Shown in pieces: positions 1-9,424 of a stretch of DNA of 64,000 nucleotides. Source of the stretch: an uncultured cyanobacterium. Its GTDB lineage: Bacteria; Cyanobacteriota; Cyanobacteriia; PCC-6307; Cyanobiaceae. The notes below the pieces were generated by a model. That model searched no databases and was not told where the DNA came from. It saw only the letters and a list, made by a program, of their open reading frames with translations. Location: contig CAVXWZ010000002.1 in the NCBI GenBank assembly GCA_963765575.1, forward strand, positions 480,001 to 544,000, read 5' to 3'. How positions within the stretch are numbered: the first letter of the stretch is position 1; each line of letters begins with the position of its first letter. The position numbers and the translations under genes are program-made.

Positions 1-270
1 ACCTGCTTCCTCACCCGCGCCACCAGCCTGGCCCTGCGCGGAGATCTGGGCGGCTCGCTGCACTGGCATGCCTTCGGGCCGCTGGCGGCGGCGGGCCTGG
101 TGGGCTGGTCGGTGCTGGCGATCCGCCAACGGCGCCTGCTGCCTCGGCCGCTGTCCCGGCCGCTGCCCGGCTGGCCCCTGGCGGCGGTGGCCGTGGGGCT
201 GCTGGGCTACTGGGTCGTGCGGGTGGTGGTGCAGCAGAGGCTGGGCTGGGACAGCTTCCCAGCGGCCTGA
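1..270 (+). CDS. DUF2752-like membrane protein, 5' truncated by the window edge
   Basis: Frame 1 reads TCFLTRATSLALRGDLGGSLHWHAFGPLAAAGLVGW... to TGA at 268-270. The C-x-x-TR motif followed by hydrophobic helices is typical of DUF2752. Confidence 0.7.
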   Translation, partial: TCFLTRATSLALRGDLGGSLHWHAFGPLAAAGLVGWSVLAIRQRRLLPRPLSRPLPGWPLAAVAVGLLGYWVVRVVVQQRLGWDSFPAA

Positions 271-293
271 GGCACCCGTGACACCATGGCGCC

Positions 294-743
294 ATGGACC
301 CCGCCAGCTGGCTGCTGCTCGCACGCACCGTGCGCTTCGGTGACACCGATGCCGCCGGGGTGATGCACTTTCCCCGGCTGCTTGTCTGGTGCCATGAGGC
401 CTATGAAGAGAGCCTGGAGCGCTTTGGGCTGGCGGCCGCCGAGATCTTTCCCACCCCCGGCCGCACGCCGGCGGTGGCGCTGCCGGTGCTGCACTGCCAG
501 GCCGACTACCGGGCGCCGCTGGTGTGCGGCGACTGCCTGCAAATCAAGCTGAGGCCAAGGCGCCTCGACCCCGCCAGCTTTGAGCTGCAGTACAGCTTCC
601 GCAGCGGCGAACGGGAAGCGGCCAAGGCTCTCACCCGCCACCTGGCGATCGAGGCGGCCAGTCGCCGGCGCTGCCCCCTGCCCGCTCCCATCAACCGTTG
701 GCTGGAGGCTTCAGGGCTGGAGCAGGGGATTCAGCCGCTCTGA
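294..743 (+). CDS. 1,4-dihydroxy-2-naphthoyl-CoA hydrolase (hotdog-fold thioesterase)
   Basis: VRFGDTDAAGVMHF thioesterase motif; next to the men genes. Confidence 0.88.
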   Translation: MDPASWLLLARTVRFGDTDAAGVMHFPRLLVWCHEAYEESLERFGLAAAEIFPTPGRTPAVALPVLHCQADYRAPLVCGDCLQIKLRPRRLDPASFELQYSFRSGEREAAKALTRHLAIEAASRRRCPLPAPINRWLEASGLEQGIQPL

Positions 744-915
744 GGGCAGTGCTCCTTTGGGGGCGGCGGAAGACATAAAACAGCGCCGCCAGCTGCAGGG
801 GGAGGAAGGCCGCCATCAGAGCGAGGGGATGGAGCCCATCGTGGGGGATGGTTCCAGCCATGGCGAGGCTGAGAACGCCTGCACCAGCTACCAAGAACAG
901 CACAGGTAATCGCAT
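691..915 (-). CDS. Small hypothetical two-helix membrane protein
   Basis: ATG at 915 gives MRLPVLFLVAGAGVLSLAMAG...LALMAAFLPLQLAALFYVF. The 3' end overlaps the thioesterase. Confidence 0.5.
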   Translation of the reverse strand: MRLPVLFLVAGAGVLSLAMAGTIPHDGLHPLALMAAFLPLQLAALFYVFRRPQRSTALRAAESPAPALKPPANG

Positions 916-922
916 GACAAGA

Positions 923-1189
923 TCAGAACCAGTCCTTCTGCGAATCAAGATATTCGGCTTCAAACTGGGAGTTTGTTTTAGTTAGGTAGATAATACCTTC
1001 AATGATGCCAATAATTTGGAATACGACATAGCCAATTCCGCACGTCAGAAGCGACACCACCAGCATGATAACGGCCGGCTTGGTGTAGCCAAGGATGAAC
1101 TTGTGCACCCCGAAGGCGCCCAGGAAAATGCCGGTGAGACCAACCGCCAGCTTCTTGTTGCTGATTTCGCTATCGCTGAAGGTGCTCAT
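923..1189 (-). CDS. TM2 domain-containing protein
   Basis: KKLAVGLTGIFLGAFGVHKFILG TM2 signature. Confidence 0.85.
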   Translation of the reverse strand: MSTFSDSEISNKKLAVGLTGIFLGAFGVHKFILGYTKPAVIMLVVSLLTCGIGYVVFQIIGIIEGIIYLTKTNSQFEAEYLDSQKDWF

Positions 1190-2465
1190 CGGCGTGGCGG
1201 GTGGCATCCGTGTGCCCCGCTTCTAGCGCCATCAGCCAGCGCTGCCAACGGCCCCGCTGCCACTTGCCCAGCGGCGTAGGGGCCAGCCCGGGGCAGAGCA
1301 GCCAGCGCCCCGGCCGCTCAGCAGGCGCCCAGTCGGCGCAGAGCCCCTGCAGGCGCTGCAGCAGCGCCGCGCCATCGGCGGCCGGCCGGGGCCGCACCAG
1401 CGCCACCAGCCGCTGGCCCCACTCGGCATCCTCCACAGCCAGCAGCAGCAGCGCCTGCAACGGCAACGGCGCCGCTGCCGCCGCGGCGTTGAGCCGCAGC
1501 TCCAGCTGGTCGGGGAACACGGTTTCGCCGCCGCTGTGGATGGCGCCATCGAGCCGGCCCCGCAGCTCCAGCCCGACGGGTCCGAGCCGGCCGGCATCGG
1601 CGCTGCGCCACCAGCCATCGGGCCCCATGTCCAGGGGTCGCAGCTCGCCCGCCTGCAGCCAGCCGGGGCTGATCCGCGCACAGCGCAGCTCCACGGCCCC
1701 GCTGGCGCCGTCGACGCGCAACTCCACCCCGGGCAAGGGCCAGCCGCAGCCAGCGGCTCCGGCCAGGAAGCGCTCAGGGGAGAGGGCGCAGACCATGGCG
1801 GCGGTTTCGGTGGCCCCGTAGCAGGGGGCCAGGCGCAGGCCAGCAGCCCGGGCCCGCCTGGCCAGCTGCGGCGGCAACGCGGCCCCGCCCACCCAGATCA
1901 GCGCCAGCTGTTGCAGCCAGGCCACCGCGGCGGGTTCGGCCATCAGGCGCTGCAGCTGGGTGGGCACCAGCGAGAGCAGCACGGGTCGCTCAGCAGGCAC
2001 GGGGGCGGCCTGGGACAGCAGGGCTGGCCGGCGCAGCCAGGCCGGCTCCAGCCGCCGGTGCCGCGCCCCCCACTGGCGGGCGCGCAACCACGGCAGCACA
2101 CCGCTCACGTGGTGCAGGGGCAGGGGGTTGAGGTGCAGGCAGGCCGCCGGATCCAGGCCCAGCGCCTCGAGCCAGCGGCCCGTGGCGGCGGCCGAAGCCT
2201 GCAGCTGGGCCAGGGGCAGCAGGCACCAGCGCCGGCCGGCACCGTCTCTGCCTGGGTCGCCTCCGTGGCTGCCGCCACTGCCCAGCACCACCCCCGGGCC
2301 CCACCGGCGCTCCAGGGGCTCCAGCCCACCAGGGCCGATCGCCGCCGCCAGGGCCTTCTGCTCCTGGAGGGCCGGCGCCGTCAGGGGCACGATCCGCCCC
2401 CGGCGCCAGGCCCGGGCCAGCTGCAGCGGCGGCAGGGCCGTTGGGGTGATCCGCTCCGCCGTCAT
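1170..2465 (-). CDS. menE: O-succinylbenzoate-CoA ligase
   Basis: AMP-binding family motifs LPLHHVSG, SLVPTQL, YGATET and GRLDGAIHSGGE; men cluster context. Confidence 0.88.
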   Translation of the reverse strand: MTAERITPTALPPLQLARAWRRGRIVPLTAPALQEQKALAAAIGPGGLEPLERRWGPGVVLGSGGSHGGDPGRDGAGRRWCLLPLAQLQASAAATGRWLEALGLDPAACLHLNPLPLHHVSGVLPWLRARQWGARHRRLEPAWLRRPALLSQAAPVPAERPVLLSLVPTQLQRLMAEPAAVAWLQQLALIWVGGAALPPQLARRARAAGLRLAPCYGATETAAMVCALSPERFLAGAAGCGWPLPGVELRVDGASGAVELRCARISPGWLQAGELRPLDMGPDGWWRSADAGRLGPVGLELRGRLDGAIHSGGETVFPDQLELRLNAAAAAAPLPLQALLLLAVEDAEWGQRLVALVRPRPAADGAALLQRLQGLCADWAPAERPGRWLLCPGLAPTPLGKWQRGRWQRWLMALEAGHTDATRHADEHLQR

Positions 2466-3523
2466 GGGCAGCCCGCCTCAACAGCCTGCTCGGCCTGCAG
2501 CCCGGCCGCCCGCCATACCCGCTCGGGATCACTGCTGCCCAGCTCCCCGGCCACCTGCCAGCCCGGGGCCAGGCCGGGCGCCGCCGGCGTGGGCCCCTCG
2601 GCCTGCAGGGCCGCCAGGTGATGCAGCCAGCGCCGGCCGATACCCGTTTCGAAGCCGGTGCTGAGCATCAGCCGCGGCCGGCCCCGCTCCAGATCCGCCA
2701 GCAGCGGCCGGGGGTCGCCCTCCTGGGCCGGCCGGCGCACCTGCCAGCCCGTCCCAGCTGGCGCGCAGGCCTGGGTGGCGCTGCAGCGATTCATCCAGAG
2801 CCACCGGCAGGCCAGGGCAGTGGCGCAGTAGATCGCGCCAATCCCTGATGATCCAGGGGGTCAAGGGGCTGCTCCAGCCACTCCAGCCTGGGTTCACCCC
2901 GCAGCCGCTCGCGCCCAGGCCCTGGCCGTGGCCCGGTCCCAGCCGCCGTTGGCATCGAGGCGCAGCCGCGCCCCGGCGGGCAGCCGCTGCAACAGCCGCT
3001 CGAGAACCTGCCGTTCCAGGCGGTCCTCGCTGACGGCCACCTTCCATTTGCAGCTGAGCGGCTCGGCGGAGGTGCCCCCCGGGGCGGCAGCGCCCGCCGC
3101 CAGCGCCGCATCCAGGGCCTCAAGCGCCGCCTCGCCCGCCGGCAGCAACAGGGCCGGGGGCGGGGCCGGCAGCCAGCGGCGGCGCGGCAGCCCGTCCAGC
3201 TCCGCCAGGGCCGCCCCCAGGGCGAAGCCGAGCGCCGGCGGCAAGCCGGGCAGGACCCGCTCCAACCCAGCCCGCGCCACGGCGGTGCCCAGCTGGGCCA
3301 TGGCCGCCGCCAGGGGCGCCGGATCGCCATCGAGGGGGGCCGCTTCGCCCCAGCCCAGCGCTCCGCCGGGGGCCTGCAGCCGCAGCAGCCAGCCCCGCTT
3401 GGCGGTGAGCAGTCCCCGCGCCGTGCGCAGGGGTCTGGGGAGCAGCACGTGCAAGGGGCGCCAGGCCAGGCGCAGGGAGCCGCCGGCGGCGGCTGTCGCG
3501 GGCTGGCTCACGGGCACCGCCAT
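2462..3523 (-). CDS. menC: o-succinylbenzoate synthase, split by three apparent single-base insertions (~2911, ~2838, ~2749)
   Basis: Enolase-superfamily motifs GWGEAAP, KWKV and LRLDANG, then EWLEQPL, PVALDESL and MLSTGFETGIG continue in successive frames. Confidence 0.85.
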
Positions 3524-3530
3524 CACCGGC

Positions 3531-4490
3531 TCAGGCCAGCCAGCGGCCCAGGGCCAGGCCCGCCGCCAGGCCGAGGCCATTGAGGGCCTGGAAGCGCAGG
3601 GCCAGAAACTTGCTGCCGCTGATCCGCGCCGGCTCGTGGTGGTGGCGGCTGAGCAGCTGGATCAGGCGACGGGCCGGCGGCAGGCCGATCGCCCCCAGCA
3701 GGGCGGTGAGCGGCCAGCGCTGGGCCGCGGGCGCCACCAGCACGGGCGCCCACTGGAACGCCAGGGTGGCGGCCACGAACCAGGGCACCAGGGCCGCCGC
3801 CGCCGCCGGGCCCAGGTGCACCACCGGCGAGCGCTTGCCGTTGACGGCGTCCTCCTCCACCTGGTGGAAGTGGGAGCAGAACAGCACCAGGGTGGTGGCC
3901 AGGGCCGCGCCGCTGCCGAGCTCCAGGGCTTCGGCCCAGGGCACCGGGGTGCCCAGCGCTGCCGAAGTGGCCGGAGCCAGGGCCAGCAGAGCGGCGGCGG
4001 TGGCCAGGGGGCCGAAGGCCAGCCAGCAGAGCGGTTCGCCCAGGCCCCGGTAGCCCAGCCGGAACGGCGGCCCCTGGTAGAGGTAGCCGAGGCCGCAGCA
4101 GGCCAGCACCAGCAGCAGCACGGCCGCACTGCTGCGCCAGGCCACCAGGGCCATCAACGCCAGCCCCAGCGCCAGGCAGCCGTTGGCCAGGGCCGCCACC
4201 CGGTCGCGGCGGCCGGTGAGGTTCACCAGCGAATGGGGCTTGCCGTGGACGTCCACACCGGTGTCGGCATCGAAGACGTCGTTGGCGAGGTTCTCCCAGG
4301 CCAGCAGCAGCACCGCCGCCAGCAGGAACAGCAGCAGCTGATCGAGGCGCACCGGCTCGGCCCGGCCGAAGCGCCAGCCGGCGGCCAGCAGCACCGGCAT
4401 CACCGCCACCGCATACATCGGCCACTTGATCGCCGCCGTCCACAGCTGCCCACGGGCGTAACGGCTTGCGACGACCTCGGGCTCTGGCAT
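3531..4490 (-). CDS. menA: 1,4-dihydroxy-2-naphthoate phytyltransferase
   Basis: UbiA family: AAIKWPMYAVA, NLANDVFDADTGVD, YQGPPFRLGY and EEDAVNGKRS motifs. Confidence 0.92.
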   Translation of the reverse strand: MPEPEVVASRYARGQLWTAAIKWPMYAVAVMPVLLAAGWRFGRAEPVRLDQLLLFLLAAVLLLAWENLANDVFDADTGVDVHGKPHSLVNLTGRRDRVAALANGCLALGLALMALVAWRSSAAVLLLVLACCGLGYLYQGPPFRLGYRGLGEPLCWLAFGPLATAAALLALAPATSAALGTPVPWAEALELGSGAALATTLVLFCSHFHQVEEDAVNGKRSPVVHLGPAAAAALVPWFVAATLAFQWAPVLVAPAAQRWPLTALLGAIGLPPARRLIQLLSRHHHEPARISGSKFLALRFQALNGLGLAAGLALGRWLA

Positions 4491-4555
4491 GGGGGCCGGC
4501 GGCGCTGGCACGAACGGGGCCCATACATTTGAGCAGCCCAACGGAGCGGCACGGC

Positions 4556-6034
4556 TTGGCAACCACCGGCCCCGAACTGGTGCAGGCGGGCGGCGACTTC
4601 TCCGCCCTGCTGGACGAGGCCTGCCGGCGCGCCCGCCAGCTCGAGCAGGACAGCGTGCTCAGCCTGGCGACCCCCCTGGCCGGCGGTGATCCCTTCACCC
4701 TGCTGCCCCACCTCGACGGCGGCGGTGAGGCCAGCAGGGGCGAAGGCGGCAGGGGCGAGAGCAGCAGTGACTTCCGCTTTCTCTGGGACGGAGCGCCGGG
4801 GCTGTGCATCGCCGCCAGTGGCCGCACCCACAGCCTGGAGCTGAGCGGCCCGCGGCGCTTCGAGCTGGCCCGCCGCTTCGCCAGCGCCACCCTGGCCCGG
4901 CTGGGGGGACAGGGTGGCGCAGCCGCCGCCCCCTGTCCGCGCCATGCCCGGCCGCGGCTGCTGCTGGCCTTCAGCTTCTTCGATTCGCCCCTGGAGGGCG
5001 AAACCGGCGCCGCGCCAGGCGTGCAGGCGGTGCTGCCGCGCTGGCAGCTCAGCCGCCACGGCCGCCACTGCTGGCTGCGGCTGCAGCGCCCCCTGGGCGG
5101 CGGCACCACCGCCCGCAGCCTGGCCGAAGAGCTGTGGGAAGCCGCCAGGGCCCTGGAGCGGATCGCCCGCGACAGCTGCGATCCGGCCACCACCGCTGCC
5201 ATCGCCGACACCAGCCTGGCCGCCGTGATCGAGCGCTCCCCCTGGCAGCAGCGCTACCGCCTCAACGCCGCCCAGGCCCTGGCGCTGGTGGACGAGGGCC
5301 GGCTGGAGAAGCTGGTGCTGGCGGTGCGCCAGCAGCTGCGGCTCGACCGGGCCCCCGACCCCCTGGCCCTGCTGGCGCCCCTGCGACGGCACCAGAGCGG
5401 CAGTTGCCGGTTTCTCTGGCAGCGCGGCCACGACTCGGCCCTGCTGGGGGCCTCCCCGGAACGGCTGCTCACCGTGCGCCAGGGCCAGCTGCGCAGCGAC
5501 GCCCTGGCGGGCACCGCCCCGGCCGATCAGGGCGTCGCCCTGCTGGCCTCGGCCAAGGACCGGCTCGAGCACGAGCTGGTGGTGGACACGATCATGGCCG
5601 TGCTCAGCCGGGCGGGCCTGCGGCCGCAGCGGCCGCGCCATCCACGGCTGGCCCGCCATGGCCAGCTGGTGCATCTGCATACGCCGATCAGTGCGGCCCT
5701 GGGCGGGCGGCACCCGCTGGCGATCGCGGCCGCCCTCCATCCCACTCCCGCGGTGGCGGGTCTGCCGCGGCGCGAGGCGATGGGCTGGCTGCGCAGCCTG
5801 GAGCCCTTCGAGCGGGGGCATTACGCCGCCCCGATCGGCTGGATCGACAGCGCTGGCGATGCCGACCTGCGCGTGGCGATCCGCAGCGGCATCCTGCGCG
5901 GCCGCGAACTGGAGCTCACCGCCGGCGCCGGGCTGGTGCCGGGCTCAACGGTGGAGCGGGAGCTGCAGGAGGTGGCGCTGAAGCTGGGGGTGCTGCAGCA
6001 GCAGCTCAATCTGCCCGTGCCCGGCCGCTGGTGA
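4556..6034 (+). CDS. menF: Isochorismate synthase (start uncertain)
   Basis: EKLVLA, GASPERL, DALAGT, KDRLEH, LHPTPAVAG, RGHYAAPIGW and AGAGLV chorismate-binding motifs. Confidence 0.92.
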   Translation: MATTGPELVQAGGDFSALLDEACRRARQLEQDSVLSLATPLAGGDPFTLLPHLDGGGEASRGEGGRGESSSDFRFLWDGAPGLCIAASGRTHSLELSGPRRFELARRFASATLARLGGQGGAAAAPCPRHARPRLLLAFSFFDSPLEGETGAAPGVQAVLPRWQLSRHGRHCWLRLQRPLGGGTTARSLAEELWEAARALERIARDSCDPATTAAIADTSLAAVIERSPWQQRYRLNAAQALALVDEGRLEKLVLAVRQQLRLDRAPDPLALLAPLRRHQSGSCRFLWQRGHDSALLGASPERLLTVRQGQLRSDALAGTAPADQGVALLASAKDRLEHELVVDTIMAVLSRAGLRPQRPRHPRLARHGQLVHLHTPISAALGGRHPLAIAAALHPTPAVAGLPRREAMGWLRSLEPFERGHYAAPIGWIDSAGDADLRVAIRSGILRGRELELTAGAGLVPGSTVERELQEVALKLGVLQQQLNLPVPGRW

Positions 6035-6042
6035 GGCACTGA

Positions 6043-6955
6043 ATGGCCCCCCTGATGCCGCCATGGCCGCAGCTGGGCCTGCTGCTGGCACTGCTGGCCA
6101 CGGCTCTGCTGGTGCGCCAGGCCGTGGGCCGGCGGCGGCTGGCGCGGATCATCTTTGAAGCCGACACCCCGGCCGGCCGGCAATTCGACATCGCCCTGCT
6201 GGGGGCGATCGTGCTCAGCGTGGTGGCGGTGGCCCTGGAGAGCGAACCGGGCCTGCAGAGCCGCTTCCAGGCCCAGTTCACGCCCCTGGAGTACGGCTTC
6301 TCCAGCCTCTTCACCCTCGAATACCTGCTGCGGCTGCTGTGCAGCGCGCGGCCCCTCAGCTACGCCCGCAGCTTCTTCGGCATCGTCGATCTGCTCTCCA
6401 GCATCCCGCCGCTGCTGGGCCTCGGCAGCCTGCGCGGCAAATACCTCACGGTGATCCGCATTCTGCGGCTGATGCGGGTGTTCCGGATTCTCAAGCTTGG
6501 GCCAATACATCCGCGAGGCCGAGCGGCTGAAACAGGCACTGACGGCCAGCCGCCGCAAGATTCTGATCTTCCTGCTGATGATGGTGAATCTGGTGGTGAT
6601 CATCGGCGCCCTGATGTATGTGATCGAGGGCGAAGCCGGGGGCTTCACCAGCATCCCCACGGGCATCTACTGGGCGATTGTCACGATCACCACCGTGGGC
6701 TACGGCGATGTGGCCCCGATCACCCCCCTGGGCCGGATCACGGCCTCGGCGGTGATGCTGCTCGGCTACAGCATCATTGCGGTACCCACCGGCATCGTCA
6801 CCGCCGAGCTGGGGCGGGCCCGCACCGATGTGGGCCAGGGTGAGGCCAGCGGCGAACCCCAGCCCTGCGGCCGCTGCGGTGAGTGTCAGCATCCGGCGAG
6901 CGCCCGCTTCTGCCACCGCTGCGGCACCCCCTTCTCCCCCCGCCCCGAGCCATGA
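6043..6955 (+). CDS. Voltage-gated-type potassium channel (ion transporter) with C-terminal Cys-rich zinc ribbon; one apparent extra base at ~6500
   Basis: S4-like IRILRLMRVFRILKL in the first frame; pore motif TITTVGYGDVAP and CGRC...FCHRCG in the second frame. Confidence 0.85.
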
Positions 6956-8685
6956 CCAGCGAGCTCACGACCCTCCTGGCCGCCACCCTCTCGGGCGCCG
7001 GCATGCTGGCGGGGGTGGATCCGGAGCGGATCACGGCCCTGCGCCCCCAGCGCCGGCAGCTGGCGGAGGGGGCGGTGCTGTTCCGCCGTGGTGAACCGGG
7101 AGCCTGCGCCTACCTGATCCTGGACGGCATCCTCGGCCTGAACACGGGCGAGGGGGGCGAGGCCGGCGAGGCCCCCAGCTGCTTCCGCAAGGTGGTGGCC
7201 GGGGAGCTGGTGGGGGAATACGGGCCCCTCTGCGGCGAGCCCCGCTCCGCCACGGCCGTGGCCCTCACGGACATGGAGCTGCTGGAGCTGGACCGCAGCC
7301 AGCTGCAGCGGTTGCTGGAGGAGGCGCCGGCCGTGGAGCAGCGCCTGATCTCGGCCCTGGCCGAGGCCGCTTCGGTCGGCCGGGTTCCGGGGCGGATGGG
7401 CCTGGAGACGGTCGTGATTCATGACGCCAACCCGGGATCGGACCTCACCGCCGCCGCGGTCGCCCTGTTGCCGGAGCACCTGCGGGGGATGGCCAGCGCC
7501 TGGCCCGGTCTGGCCGATCTGAGCGTTCACAGCAACGGCGGCGATGAGGAGCATCTGCATCGCTGGCTGGTGGAAGCCAGCCGCGCCGGACGGCCGCAGG
7601 TGCTGTTCAACCAGGACCCCCAGGCCCTCAGCCGCCGCAATCTGCTGCTGATCGATCGGCTGCTGCTGCTCTGCGACGGCACCGCTGCGACCCGCAACCT
7701 GCCCGAGACGATCAATCGCGAGGCGCTGCTGGTGCGGCTCTGGCCCGAGCAGCAGGAGCGGCCCAGCTCCCGCAGTTGGAGCAGCCAGCCCCCCTGCGCC
7801 CAGGTGCTCAACCTCAAACCCCGGCAGCCCCGCCACCTGCAACGGCTGGCCAGGGCCGTGCTGCGCCGCCAGACCGCGCTCGTGCTCGGAGGCGGCGGGG
7901 CCAGAGGCTTTGCCCACATTGGTGCCCTCGCCGCCCTGGAGCACCTCGGCCTCAACGACGTGGACATGGTGATGGGGGTGAGCATCGGCTCACTGGTGGC
8001 CGCCCTGGCGGCCTTCGAAACCCCCGCCGCGGAGATCTTTGAGCAGCTCGAGCGGGTGATCATCAAGTCCCGCCCCTATTCCTTCACCCTGCCGCGCGAA
8101 TCGCTGTTCACCCTGCGCAACTCCCGCCGCGAGCTGCAACGCTTCTTCGGCCCGGCCCAGCTCCAGGACAGCTGGCTGCCCCTGCGCTGCTTCAGCACCA
8201 ACCTCTCCAGCAAGCGGCTGCAGGGCTGGGCCAGCGGTGACATCCCCACGGCGGTGGTCGCCAGCATGTCGGTGCCCGGCATCTTCCCGCCGGTGGTCGA
8301 CGGGCAGGGGAACCTGCATGTCGATGGCGGCATCCTCAACAACCTGCCGGTGGCCGAGGCGCGGCGGCAAACCGAGGGGCGCGTGCTGGCGATCTCCCTC
8401 GACCCCGACCCTGCGGCCCCCGCGGCGGCGGCCGCAGCGGAGCCCTCTGAACGCGAGCGACCCAGCCTGGGCCGCACGATCATCGACGCGATGATGTGCG
8501 GCTCCCATGCCGGCACCCGCGCCCAGGAACAGCAGGCCGATCTGGTGCTGAGGCCCGGCATCGCGCGCTTCCCCTTTCTGGACTGGAAGCGGTACCGCGA
8601 GATCTATGCCGTGGGCTACGAGGACACCCTCAAGCTGCTAGGCGCGGGCTGGCCGGAGCCGGAAGCTGATCAGACCGGAAGCTGA
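6952..8685 (+). CDS. Cyclic-nucleotide-binding domain fused to a patatin-like phospholipase (NTE/RssA-like)
   Basis: LFRRGEPG...GELVGEYG...PRSATAVA (cNMP fold); GGGGARG, GVSIG and DGG patatin motifs. ATGA overlap with the channel stop. Confidence 0.88.
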   Translation: MTSELTTLLAATLSGAGMLAGVDPERITALRPQRRQLAEGAVLFRRGEPGACAYLILDGILGLNTGEGGEAGEAPSCFRKVVAGELVGEYGPLCGEPRSATAVALTDMELLELDRSQLQRLLEEAPAVEQRLISALAEAASVGRVPGRMGLETVVIHDANPGSDLTAAAVALLPEHLRGMASAWPGLADLSVHSNGGDEEHLHRWLVEASRAGRPQVLFNQDPQALSRRNLLLIDRLLLLCDGTAATRNLPETINREALLVRLWPEQQERPSSRSWSSQPPCAQVLNLKPRQPRHLQRLARAVLRRQTALVLGGGGARGFAHIGALAALEHLGLNDVDMVMGVSIGSLVAALAAFETPAAEIFEQLERVIIKSRPYSFTLPRESLFTLRNSRRELQRFFGPAQLQDSWLPLRCFSTNLSSKRLQGWASGDIPTAVVASMSVPGIFPPVVDGQGNLHVDGGILNNLPVAEARRQTEGRVLAISLDPDPAAPAAAAAAEPSERERPSLGRTIIDAMMCGSHAGTRAQEQQADLVLRPGIARFPFLDWKRYREIYAVGYEDTLKLLGAGWPEPEADQTGS

Positions 8686-8698
8686 TCAGACCGGAAGC
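8659..8698. repeat. 16-bp tandem duplication (CCGGAAGCTGATCAGA x2 plus a partial copy) at a convergent gene junction
   Basis: Read directly from the sequence; spans the stop codons of both flanking genes. Confidence 0.9.
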
Positions 8699-9360
8699 AG
8701 TGGCTGCTCCGGCAGCCCCAGCGCCTGACGCCAGGCCACCAGGGGGCGTTCCCAGTGGCACTCCCAGCGCTGGGCCAGCAGCGGCTGGGCCCGGTAGCCC
8801 AGCTGGTAGCCATGGCCGATCGCCGCCAGCACGACGCCCATCTGCTCCGGGTCCTTGAGCAAATAGCGCAGCAGGCCGCCGCAGGTGATCACCGCCGCCA
8901 TCGGTCGCCAGGTCTGGGCCAGTTCGAAGGCCTTGAGGGCAATCTCCCCAACCCGGTCGGTGCCGATGCCGGTGACCACATGCCAGATGTCGTGGCTCTG
9001 GCGCATGCGCATCAGCGTCCAGTCCAGGTCTGACACCACCTCCACCTTGCGGTAGTAGTCGGGGTCGAAGCCATGCGCAACGAAGTGCTCCGCCAGGGCC
9101 TGCCCCAGGCTTCCTGGGGGCATCCGGGCCAGCTCCTCCACCTCCACGGGCGGAGCCAGATAGCGCTCCCCCATCAGCTCGCTGACGCCGCTCAGGCCGC
9201 GCACCCGCTGCAGAAAGCTGTCCATGGCGCCGCTGCGGCGCAGCCCGTCTTCGATGTCGAACACCGATTCGGTGGCCTCGGGGTTGCGGATCATGCCCAC
9301 CACACCACTGAGGGTGCGCAGGTAGTGGATCTGATGACGCTGGTGTCGAACTTCAGCCAT
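8686..9360 (-). CDS. Coq4 family protein
   Basis: PPGSLG...RMRQSHDIWHVVTG...GE motif (HDxxH...E), typical of COQ4-like proteins. Confidence 0.8.
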   Translation of the reverse strand: MAEVRHQRHQIHYLRTLSGVVGMIRNPEATESVFDIEDGLRRSGAMDSFLQRVRGLSGVSELMGERYLAPPVEVEELARMPPGSLGQALAEHFVAHGFDPDYYRKVEVVSDLDWTLMRMRQSHDIWHVVTGIGTDRVGEIALKAFELAQTWRPMAAVITCGGLLRYLLKDPEQMGVVLAAIGHGYQLGYRAQPLLAQRWECHWERPLVAWRQALGLPEQPLLPV

Positions 9361-9424
9361 CGCCTCTGGACCTGCCGGCAGCCCTTGGCCAGGGAGCTGG
9401 GCGAGGCCGTGGATTGCCTCGATG

